Shown here piece by piece: positions 9,118 to 16,430 of a DNA stretch of 64,000 nucleotides (its first letter is position 1; each line of letters opens with the position of its first letter). The notes beneath the pieces were generated by a model. The model was given only the letters and a program-made list of their open reading frames with translations. It had not been told where the DNA came from and searched no databases. The stretch covers positions 16,739 to 80,738 of the forward strand of contig JAMCYI010000011.1 of the NCBI GenBank assembly GCA_023474215.1, given 5' to 3'. The position numbers were made by a program, and so were the translations under genes. This DNA is from Patescibacteria group bacterium. Its GTDB lineage: Bacteria; Patescibacteriota; Minisyncoccia; UBA6257; GWB1-50-10.

Positions 9118-10047
9118 TTATGTTTTCACGCAAACATGGATATCGTTAGTGCCACCGTCGATCACATACTTACCGAAGTCGACACGCTGGTATCCGGCGG
9201 GGCAGCTTTGATAAGCACCGTTGGGGTTATAGCCGCCGCAATCGTAGACCAAGTGGTCGGTATAGAGCCCGCACCATTCACCCTTAATCGGGAAATCGTT
9301 TTTGTTCACCATGACCGTACCCGCCTGAATGTTCACTCCCCCACCCATCGGCTGATAGACGAGCTCCGCATAATTATCATATTGAATTATCTGACCGATC
9401 ACTCTGCCGTACTGATCAACGCAATTTCCGCTTCCATCGGAACTGGCCCCCGAACCGTAGAGAGTTTGGCAATCCAAAAATATTTTTTCATAATCATACC
9501 CGTAACTTCCTATCGGCGGAGGCGTCGATTGACCCTTGTATGGAGCATTCACGGCACCGCTGCAATCGATGTTGTCGGTCGTGTCACAAGAAAGTATCTC
9601 GGACTGCTGCGCCGCCGTCATGGAAGAGGTCGATACGTACACCCCATCCTCTTGCCAAACACCGAAACCGGAGATCGCTTGGCTTATCAAGGTACTCACG
9701 CTGCCGTCGGTCCCAATGGTAAACCCAATGTCTTGTCCGGTCACCGGCGCCGGGAAGAAAACGTTCAATTCGTTGTTCCCGAAACCTATCCGATTGCTCC
9801 CGCCGTTCGGGGCACAGCCTTGATTGCCGTTGCCGCTGAATATGATGCATCCCCCGTTCGCCTTGAAGGTGACGCTGTCTTGGGGCGTCTGGAAGGAAGA
9901 TTGGCTCATCGATAGATCGCCTGATTTCGTTTGTCCCGAAGAATTGGTCGTAACGGGCATCGGCGATTGCTGCGCGCTCGCCAAAAGAGTCGCCCCCTCA
10001 ACGAGAATGATGGCGATAAAGAGTGCGATGAGCGATTTTTGTTTCAT
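9118..10047 (-). CDS. Secreted fibre/adhesin-like protein, paralogue 2
   Basis: Start MKQKSL at 10047 (the longer ORF overlaps the upstream gene); QTKSG motif; GEWCG...CPAGY...VCVKT. Confidence 0.7.
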   Translation of the reverse strand: MKQKSLIALFIAIILVEGATLLASAQQSPMPVTTNSSGQTKSGDLSMSQSSFQTPQDSVTFKANGGCIIFSGNGNQGCAPNGGSNRIGFGNNELNVFFPAPVTGQDIGFTIGTDGSVSTLISQAISGFGVWQEDGVYVSTSSMTAAQQSEILSCDTTDNIDCSGAVNAPYKGQSTPPPIGSYGYDYEKIFLDCQTLYGSGASSDGSGNCVDQYGRVIGQIIQYDNYAELVYQPMGGGVNIQAGTVMVNKNDFPIKGEWCGLYTDHLVYDCGGYNPNGAYQSCPAGYQRVDFGKYVIDGGTNDIHVCVKT

Positions 10048-10057
10048 AAGTTCCGGT

Positions 10058-11416
10058 TTACTTCTTAAAGCAGGTATCGACGGTATCTGGCCCATACGTC
10101 CACTGTTTATGCTCATACCCCGCGGGGCAGCCGTTTGACGGCAATATCCCTTGGCACGCTTCGGATCCGAATATTTTACTCCCCGTGCTTGCCAAATTAC
10201 CGTTACTGTCGTGGGCGTAGGCATCTTGAGATACGAATCCGCACCACGTTCCGCGCATCGGAACCGGGATTCCATTCACCGTCAAAGCGCTGCCTCCGGG
10301 GACCGATAAGACGGTTCCGGTCGGTTCCCATTTCTTGACAAGATAGGTCGTAGCAGCGTTGTTCGGCGTCGGATAACATCCGGCAGGATAGCCGATCTTG
10401 TACGGCCCGCTGGGGCAATAGCTGCACGATCCGGCTCCGTTATTGCCGCCCGAGGAATTATAGTAGTAGGTACAGCTTGCCACGTACTGCGGAACATATT
10501 CGGTATCTCCGAAAGCCGGGCAGCCCCCTCCTCCGAATGCGTTATTACCGACATAGCTTTGTGTGCTTACTTGAACCCATTGCCCCACGGCGCTCGTAAT
10601 GTCTATATTCCCCGCGCTGTCGAACGACATTCCGCATCCCCATTCCGGAGATCCGGAGAAGCTGTCGGTTGTAGCGGTAATGTAGAAATTTTTCCCGTAG
10701 CTGTCATAGTACATTCCTCCCTTCGGGTTGTAGCTCAAGGGGTCGATCAAATCGACCGCTCCACTGGGAAGTAAACTGATGCCGATACTGCTCAACGAAC
10801 TGTTCGCAATGCTCAATGTCCCCGACTTGACCTGCGTCGTCGAACCAATATCAAGGAAGTTCCCGACTTGGTTCTTCGGTGCGTAGTTCGGATTGTTGAT
10901 CGTCGGGCCGGTTGGGCCGGTTCCGGTACTCAAGTTGAAGCTGACGACTTTCACGCTCGAGAGATTGGTGGTAGGGCCAAGATATATTCCGTATGCTTCG
11001 ATTTGGCTGGCGTTCGCCACGGTGTCGGAAAAGGAAACGATCATGTTGGCATTACTCTGATAGGGATTAATACTGCCGCTTCCCACAAGTGTTGCGTTCG
11101 ATTTCGAGAACTGATTTTCGGAGCGATAGATCCAGTACGGCTGGATCGTCGAGTTGGGATTGTAAAACTTTATGGTAAGGGTAACGGTCGATGCATAGAG
11201 AGACGTGTTCGTCGCTACCGTGACCACCGCCGATTGCGGGTGCGTCGTCTTATTGCCGCCATTCCCATTATTATTGCAATTGGGGTTCGTTGGGGGGCAC
11301 GGCTCTTGAGGGACAACGGGTGCGCCGAAAACTCCTCTCGGCGCCGACACCAACACGCCGATTCCCAAAACCAAGAGGAGCGTCACGGCAAAAATTTTAA
11401 AGTTTCTTGGAAACAT
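10058..11416 (-). CDS. Secreted fibre/adhesin-like protein, paralogue 1
   Basis: Signal peptide; QVKSG motif; GTWCG...CQG...CPAGY...TCFKK. Confidence 0.7.
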   Translation of the reverse strand: MFPRNFKIFAVTLLLVLGIGVLVSAPRGVFGAPVVPQEPCPPTNPNCNNNGNGGNKTTHPQSAVVTVATNTSLYASTVTLTIKFYNPNSTIQPYWIYRSENQFSKSNATLVGSGSINPYQSNANMIVSFSDTVANASQIEAYGIYLGPTTNLSSVKVVSFNLSTGTGPTGPTINNPNYAPKNQVGNFLDIGSTTQVKSGTLSIANSSLSSIGISLLPSGAVDLIDPLSYNPKGGMYYDSYGKNFYITATTDSFSGSPEWGCGMSFDSAGNIDITSAVGQWVQVSTQSYVGNNAFGGGGCPAFGDTEYVPQYVASCTYYYNSSGGNNGAGSCSYCPSGPYKIGYPAGCYPTPNNAATTYLVKKWEPTGTVLSVPGGSALTVNGIPVPMRGTWCGFVSQDAYAHDSNGNLASTGSKIFGSEACQGILPSNGCPAGYEHKQWTYGPDTVDTCFKK

Positions 11417-11431
11417 TTTTAAACTTGAATA

Positions 11432-11450
11432 TGATATAATGATTATACCA
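11432..11450. promoter_or_regulatory. Adjacent opposed extended -10 promoters for the divergent genes
   Basis: TGATATAAT (+, 11432-11440) and TGGTATAAT (-, 11442-11450) between divergent genes. Confidence 0.55.
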
Positions 11451-11451
11451 T

Positions 11452-11946
11452 ATGCAACAGAATAAATTTAAGGTGATCATATACGTCTTAGCCGGCATCT
11501 TGATTTTAGTCGTCGGATTCATTGTTGGTTTTTACGCCGGCAGGCAAAACGGGCAAGCGATCGGCGAAGCGGCCGGCCAATCGCAGTACAAAGCATTGGT
11601 TGACTTTGCCTACCCTGCTCCAGCTCAAGAAATTCACGAAATATCCGGCGCCGTCAAATCGATCACCGCGAATTCGGTCACCTTTGTGGCAAGAGATCCG
11701 AACGATTACTTGCCGCACACCGACGGCTCTCCCTTCAGGCAAATCACCCTTACGGCAAATACGACCGCAAGCACCACGATCATGTCGGTCGACTATTCCA
11801 CGCTTGACAAGAATGGCAATCCGAAGACCGCCATCATCAGCTTGAACGACCTGAAGATCGGACAGATCATCACCGTCGACAGCAACGCCAATATACGCGA
11901 CGTTTCAAGCTTCGACGCGACCGTGATACGGGTGGTCAACCATTAA
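11452..11946 (+). CDS. Membrane-anchored hypothetical protein (DUF5666/OB-fold-like)
   Basis: N-terminal TM helix; ISGAVKSI...ISLNDLKIGQIITV pattern. Confidence 0.6.
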   Translation: MQQNKFKVIIYVLAGILILVVGFIVGFYAGRQNGQAIGEAAGQSQYKALVDFAYPAPAQEIHEISGAVKSITANSVTFVARDPNDYLPHTDGSPFRQITLTANTTASTTIMSVDYSTLDKNGNPKTAIISLNDLKIGQIITVDSNANIRDVSSFDATVIRVVNH

Positions 11947-11955
11947 TAAAGGAAC

Positions 11956-12552
11956 ATGAACTTAATACCAACGGTTATTGAAAAATCGTCGTACGGTGAA
12001 CGCGCCTACGATATCTATTCCCGCCTCCTTATGGAGCGGATCATCTTTCTCGGCGGACCCATCATGGACGATGTCGCAAACAGCGTTATCGCCCAGCTTC
12101 TCTTCTTGGACCACGAGGACCAAAAGAAGGACATCAAATTGTATTTGAATACGCCGGGTGGATCCGTGACGGCAGGTCTTGCCATTTACGACACGATGCA
12201 GCATGTAAAGGCGCCGGTCTCGACGATTTGTGTCGGCATGGCTGCTTCCATGGGCGCGGTGCTCCTCGGCTCCGGGCAAAAAGGAAAGCGGTTTGCGCTC
12301 CCCAATTCCGAGATCTTGCTTCACCAGGTAATGGGCGGCGCGGAAGGCCAAGCCATCGAAATCGAGATCACTGCACGGCAAATCGTAAAAATGAAGGATA
12401 AACTGAACCAAATCCTCGTCAAGCACACCGGACAGAAGGTGGACAAGATCGAGCGCGATACCGACCGCGATTTCTATCTCACGCCCCAAGAAGCAAGAGA
12501 TTACGGATTGATCGATGAGATCATCAAGACGAAAAATAATTTTAAGGCATAG
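11956..12552 (+). CDS. clpP: ATP-dependent Clp protease proteolytic subunit
   Basis: [16 protein letters not shown] catalytic Ser and LLHQ His motifs. Confidence 0.98.
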   Translation: MNLIPTVIEKSSYGERAYDIYSRLLMERIIFLGGPIMDDVANSVIAQLLFLDHEDQKKDIKLYLNTPGGSVTAGLAIYDTMQHVKAPVSTICVGMAASMGAVLLGSGQKGKRFALPNSEILLHQVMGGAEGQAIEIEITARQIVKMKDKLNQILVKHTGQKVDKIERDTDRDFYLTPQEARDYGLIDEIIKTKNNFKA

Positions 12553-12587
12553 GGATTAGGGTATAGGGTATAGGGTATAGGGTATAG
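12550..12587. repeat. Heptamer tandem repeat (TAGGGTA)n
   Basis: TAGGGAT followed by four exact TAGGGTA units. Confidence 0.9.
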
Positions 12588-12597
12588 AAAATAGATG

Positions 12598-12619
12598 GAG
12601 CCGCCGCAAGGCGGCTTTT
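12598..12619 (+). terminator. Intrinsic terminator after clpP
   Basis: AGCCGCC-GCAA-GGCGGCT stem with a GNRA loop followed by T-run. Confidence 0.7.
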
Positions 12620-12677
12620 GGTTTTACCTCAACCTCTTCCTTCGAACTTTCTCTTTTTCTGTGATAAAATTTTAATC

Positions 12678-13841
12678 ATGCGAAACAAAGAAGAACTGAT
12701 CCGGAGGATTCTGAACCGGGGCGTTGAAGAAATCATCGAAAAGGAGAGTTTAACAAAGAAACTCGATTCCGGAAAGAAGCTGCGAGTCAAGTTCGGCATC
12801 GATCCCACAAAGCCGGATATTCATCTCGGCCACACTGTTCCCCTCTTGAAGCTCCGTGAATTCCAGGAACTGGGGCATAAAGCTGTGCTCATAATCGGTG
12901 ATTTCACGGCTCAAATCGGCGACCCATCCGGCCAGTCAGCTGAACGGAAGCCGCTGACCGAAAAAGAAGTGAAGATGAACATGAAGCACTACCTCGAGCA
13001 GGCGGGGAAAGTTATCGACATCAAGAAAGCGGAGGTGCGGTACAACAGCGAATGGCACAAGAAAGAGGGTCTTATGTCCATGTTGACTATGGCGAGAGCC
13101 GCCAGTATCCAACAAGTCATGAAACGGAGAGAATTCAAAGAAAGGATCAACGCTGGCGGCGACATAACACTTCTTGAATTCTTATATCCCCTCTTCCAAG
13201 GGTATGACTCGGTGAAAATAAAATCCGATGTCGAAATCGGCGGCACTGATCAGAAATTCAATCTCCTGATGGGCCGACGGGTGCAGCGCCACTTCGGCGT
13301 TCCGGAACAAGATATCATAACCGTACCGCTCATCGAGGGTACGGACGGTATTCGCAAAATGAGCAAGAGTTTTGGAAATTATATAGGCATAGCCGAGGCG
13401 CCCAATGATATATTCAGTAAGGTCATGTCCGTACCGGACGCCTTGCTCGCAAAGTATTTCGAAAATCTTACGGAAACAAAACCGACGAGCAACGATCCTT
13501 ACCAATCAAAAATGCTCCTTGGGGAAACAATTGTCCGGATGTACCACGGCCAAAAAGCCGCGGAAAAGGCGAAGGAGAACTTCGTAAAAACGTTCTCAAA
13601 AAAAGAAATGCCGGACGAGATCGAAATAAAGACGGTTTCTTCTGATGCCCTTTCAAGCGGCACCACCGCGATGCTCGTCGCTATTGGAGCAGCGAAGAGC
13701 AATAGTGAAGCCCGAAGGTTAATTGATCAAGGCGCGGTGAAAGTTGACGGAAGGACGGTTAGCGACCCCAATGAAAAAAGAAAAGATGGCGAGGTCTTAA
13801 AAGTGGGTAAGCACCGTTTCTTTAAACTAAGGAAGAAATAA
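12678..13841 (+). CDS. tyrS: Tyrosine--tRNA ligase
   Basis: GIDPT..HLGH, GGTDQKFN and KMSKS motifs, C-terminal S4 domain; ATG at 12678. Confidence 0.97.
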   Translation: MRNKEELIRRILNRGVEEIIEKESLTKKLDSGKKLRVKFGIDPTKPDIHLGHTVPLLKLREFQELGHKAVLIIGDFTAQIGDPSGQSAERKPLTEKEVKMNMKHYLEQAGKVIDIKKAEVRYNSEWHKKEGLMSMLTMARAASIQQVMKRREFKERINAGGDITLLEFLYPLFQGYDSVKIKSDVEIGGTDQKFNLLMGRRVQRHFGVPEQDIITVPLIEGTDGIRKMSKSFGNYIGIAEAPNDIFSKVMSVPDALLAKYFENLTETKPTSNDPYQSKMLLGETIVRMYHGQKAAEKAKENFVKTFSKKEMPDEIEIKTVSSDALSSGTTAMLVAIGAAKSNSEARRLIDQGAVKVDGRTVSDPNEKRKDGEVLKVGKHRFFKLRKK

Positions 13842-13842
13842 A

Positions 13843-14520
13843 TCAGTTCAAGATGAGCTTGCCGACGACGCCGGCTTGAGCACGTCCCGGTACGTCGTCA
13901 TGAAATCCGTAAATACCCGGCTTCATAATGACAAACGTGAGGAGCCGCGCACTCGAAGGCCCCACGCCGACGCTGATTGAAGAAAGGCTTGGATTGTCGA
14001 ACTTGAAGACGTGCGTATTATCATCGCTTGAAATGATCGCAAGCGTAATAATGCCACCCGCTTGGCCTGTAATGACGACCGGCGAAAAGCCGGTCGAGCT
14101 CACAGTGAGCTTCACCGCATTCGATGGTATTTGATCCTGCCCGATTTGACCCGATTGGCTGATCAGCCTGTAATCGCCGGAGGACAAACTCGGACCCGTG
14201 ATGCTCGCCCCCGCCGACGATCCGCCGGATGACGGGGTTTGCTCGCTGGGGGTTTGATTTCCGGTACTTGTGGCCGGTGCGGTCTCCGCGGGCTGACTCG
14301 GCGTTTCCACGGGAGGAGTTGTTCCTTGGCCTTGATTCCCGTTCGGAGTTTGCTGGTTCAAAGGAGGCAGAGTTACGGTTTCAGTCGATGTCGACTTGCC
14401 CCCCAAAAGACCCCCGACGTTTCCGAGCGGGGCAAGAAAGAAGATACCAAAGAAGACGATCGCGACGACAATGAGACCGATAAAAAGAAGGATGATGATG
14501 AGACGAATGGCATCTTCCAT
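13843..14520 (-). CDS. Membrane-anchored cupredoxin-fold protein
   Basis: TM helix, Pro/Thr/Ser linker, GFSP...HVF...PGIYGFHDDVPG...G.L cupredoxin-like C-terminus. Confidence 0.65.
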   Translation of the reverse strand: MEDAIRLIIILLFIGLIVVAIVFFGIFFLAPLGNVGGLLGGKSTSTETVTLPPLNQQTPNGNQGQGTTPPVETPSQPAETAPATSTGNQTPSEQTPSSGGSSAGASITGPSLSSGDYRLISQSGQIGQDQIPSNAVKLTVSSTGFSPVVITGQAGGIITLAIISSDDNTHVFKFDNPSLSSISVGVGPSSARLLTFVIMKPGIYGFHDDVPGRAQAGVVGKLILN

Positions 14521-14631
14521 GGGAAGGTTGCGTTCAATTTAACTTTATCAGATTTGCAAGGAAATAGGAACGGAAGTTTTCCCGACCCATTTCCCGAGTT
14601 CGATTCTCACTGACATTAAGGAATATAGAAG

Positions 14632-14859
14632 ACCCACTACAAGAGTGGGCTTTGTATTTTGTGCGGCCAGGGAGAATCGGCTTCGCCTCTCGCTGCGCTC
14701 GGGCTAGCCACCGCCTCGCGTCCCTCGACAAGCTCGGGGCATGCTCCGGCGTTCGATTCCCCACGTGAGCCAAGCAGTTAGCTCACTCTGGCCAGGCATA
14801 GAAAATACAAAACCCACTACAAGAGTGGGCTTTGTATTTTGTGCGGCCAGGGAGAATCG
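14632..14859 (-). mobile_element. tRNA-3'-associated mini-element, copy at tRNA-Gly, with 48-bp direct repeat
   Basis: 48-bp exact repeat at 14632-14679 and 14812-14859 (tRNA 3' end plus most of the terminator); core 14680-14750 similar to 18042-18117 and 18844-18918. Confidence 0.8.
14801..14840 (-). terminator. Hairpin terminator after tRNA-Gly
   Basis: AAAATACAAAGCCCACT/AGTGGGTTTTGTATTTT stem on the minus strand. Confidence 0.65.
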
Positions 14860-14912
14860 AACTCCCGTCTCATCCTTGGCAAGGACGTGTTCTACCACTA
14901 AACCATGACCGC
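14842..14912 (-). tRNA. tRNA-Gly(GCC)
   Basis: Cloverleaf GCGGTCA...TGGCCGC-A; anticodon loop TTGCCAA; T-loop TTCGATT. Confidence 0.95.
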
Positions 14913-14920
14913 ATCCGCTT

Positions 14921-15124
14921 CTATTGCAATGTTCCCGGCGGAGGTAACGTTGGTCCCTTGACATAGGGTACCGATCCTGCCGGTGGCCCGACAAAATTTG
15001 TCGAAGTTGCCGCGTTGCCGCTCTTTTCGGAAGAATTACTCGTTCCAATATACGATAAAACGACAAGTAAGGCAATGAGAAAGAGAAGGATGCCTAAAAG
15101 ATAAAATATGATTTTTCTCTGCAT
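14921..15124 (-). CDS. Small membrane protein
   Basis: 67-aa ORF with an N-terminal TM helix and Pro-rich tail between tRNA-Leu and tRNA-Gly. Confidence 0.6.
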   Translation of the reverse strand: MQRKIIFYLLGILLFLIALLVVLSYIGTSNSSEKSGNAATSTNFVGPPAGSVPYVKGPTLPPPGTLQ

Positions 15125-15153
15125 TTTGTGTTTACACTGAGCTTGTCGAAGTG

Positions 15154-15237
15154 TGCCCGGAGTCGGACTCGGACCGACACGCCCTTGCGGGCAACAGATC
15201 TTAAGTCTGTCGCGGCTGCCAATTACGCCATCCGGGC
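15154..15237 (-). tRNA. tRNA-Leu(TAA)
   Basis: GCCCGGA...TCCGGGC-A; anticodon arm ACAGA-CTTAAGA-TCTGT; long variable arm; T-loop TCCGAGT. Confidence 0.93.
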
Positions 15238-15273
15238 AGTTTCAATTCAGTTTAACGGGTTACCGACTAAGTT

Positions 15274-16002
15274 TCAATGTTGTTTACTATTATGCGACTT
15301 ATGAATTTGATAGTCGGGTATCCTAGAAAGGAATATGGCTTTGCGCTCCAGTCCTATTGGGAACCCAGGATAATACATATAGCGCAATAACTCATCGGAA
15401 TCTTTCATCCCATACCCCAACTTCAAAGAGGCGCCATTATTAAACACACCCAGCGCTTTCAATGGGAGATTGATTTCTTTCTTAAGGATGAACATAAGCT
15501 CTTCGAGAAACTTTCTGCTACCTGACGTAAAATTGGTCCTTAATTCACGAGCAGGTCGACCGTCCTTTGTTCTAATATACTCAACGAAGAAAACACTACC
15601 GTCGCCATCAAAATAGCCCCTTATAAAATCTCTTAAATATTTTCTTGGCACACGAGGAAAGGTAATGGTTTTACTTTTACGCCTGAATCCACCAAGTTTA
15701 GTTAAAGATCCATAGAGATGTTTCGAGTGAAAACTAACATGCCAAGCATCGTCCCCCTTGCTCCTCCTCACTGGATTAGTAGAGCTCATCGCAGACCTTA
15801 TATCCATCAGAATGTGCTTATCATTAGAGCACAACACCACCCTATATGATCGCTCCTTCCTCATATAACCGTCCGCAAACCAGAAACCAAGAATGTAAGC
15901 CATGGACGATGACCACTTATCAAAGAACTTCTCATTGAGGGTATACTTTCTACTGTGATATTTGCCTTGGGTTAATATCTTCACAAAAATATTATATCTC
16001 AA
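15274..16002 (-). CDS. Free-standing LAGLIDADG homing-endonuclease-like protein
   Basis: Two LAGLIDADG-type helices (YILGFWFADG and FIRGYFDGDG); AT-rich relative to neighbours. Confidence 0.85.
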   Translation of the reverse strand: MRYNIFVKILTQGKYHSRKYTLNEKFFDKWSSSMAYILGFWFADGYMRKERSYRVVLCSNDKHILMDIRSAMSSTNPVRRSKGDDAWHVSFHSKHLYGSLTKLGGFRRKSKTITFPRVPRKYLRDFIRGYFDGDGSVFFVEYIRTKDGRPARELRTNFTSGSRKFLEELMFILKKEINLPLKALGVFNNGASLKLGYGMKDSDELLRYMYYPGFPIGLERKAIFLSRIPDYQIHKSHNSKQH

Positions 16003-16003
16003 T

Positions 16004-16028
16004 GAGGCTTAAATAGGAATCGAACCTA
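16004..16028 (-). pseudogene. tRNA 3'-half remnant (T-arm plus acceptor-like tail)
   Basis: Minus strand TAGG-TTCGATT-CCTA-TTTAAGCCTC, ending like tRNA-Cys (GCCTC). Confidence 0.5.
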
Positions 16029-16063
16029 ACAACTAATAAAAAGGTTTTCATCGTTGTCTTTTG

Positions 16064-16135
16064 AGGCGGCAGCCGGAGTCGGACCGGCGCATAGTGGTTT
16101 TGCAGACCACCGCGTTACCGTTTCGCCATGCCGCC
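16064..16135 (-). tRNA. tRNA-Cys(GCA)
   Basis: GGCGGCA...TGCCGCC-T; anticodon arm GTGGT-CTGCAAA-ACCAC; U73 discriminator; T-loop TCCGACT. Confidence 0.93.
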
Positions 16136-16139
16136 AGTT

Positions 16140-16430
16140 TTATTTCGCTTGGTCGATGGAGAATTCGAGCTTCGGCATCGGCTTTATGTTCATTTTCCGA
16201 AGAAGCCTGCCTTGGATCTCGCGCCTCCGTCCTTCGATTATTTTATACACTTCTATCTCTTTTTCAAAGGGGAGGACGGAAACCTTGACCCTCGCGGCCG
16301 ACATGTCTTCCGCGACCTCGACCGACGTGATCGTTGCGAGCGCACCTCCGAAATCGAAATCGCTCTGGAAGATCTTATTCAGTTCTCCTTGGATGACGCT
16401 CCCCACTTTCAAATTTCGGTACGGCCTCAT
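16140..16430 (-). CDS. rbfA: Ribosome-binding factor A
   Basis: ITSVEVAEDMSAARVKVS...MPKLEFSID; directly downstream of infB. Confidence 0.85.
   Translation of the reverse strand: MRPYRNLKVGSVIQGELNKIFQSDFDFGGALATITSVEVAEDMSAARVKVSVLPFEKEIEVYKIIEGRRREIQGRLLRKMNIKPMPKLEFSIDQAK

Noticed and set aside
8472-11416. Shufflon or diversity-generating retroelement acting on the three paralogues
   Set aside because: All three genes are complete and co-oriented; no recombinase, RT, inverted sfx-like sites or near-identical TR/VR pair was seen.
15154-16002. Group I intron in tRNA-Leu(UAA) encoding the LAGLIDADG protein
   Set aside because: tRNA-Leu is intact and contiguous, and the ORF lies outside it with no visible intron core.
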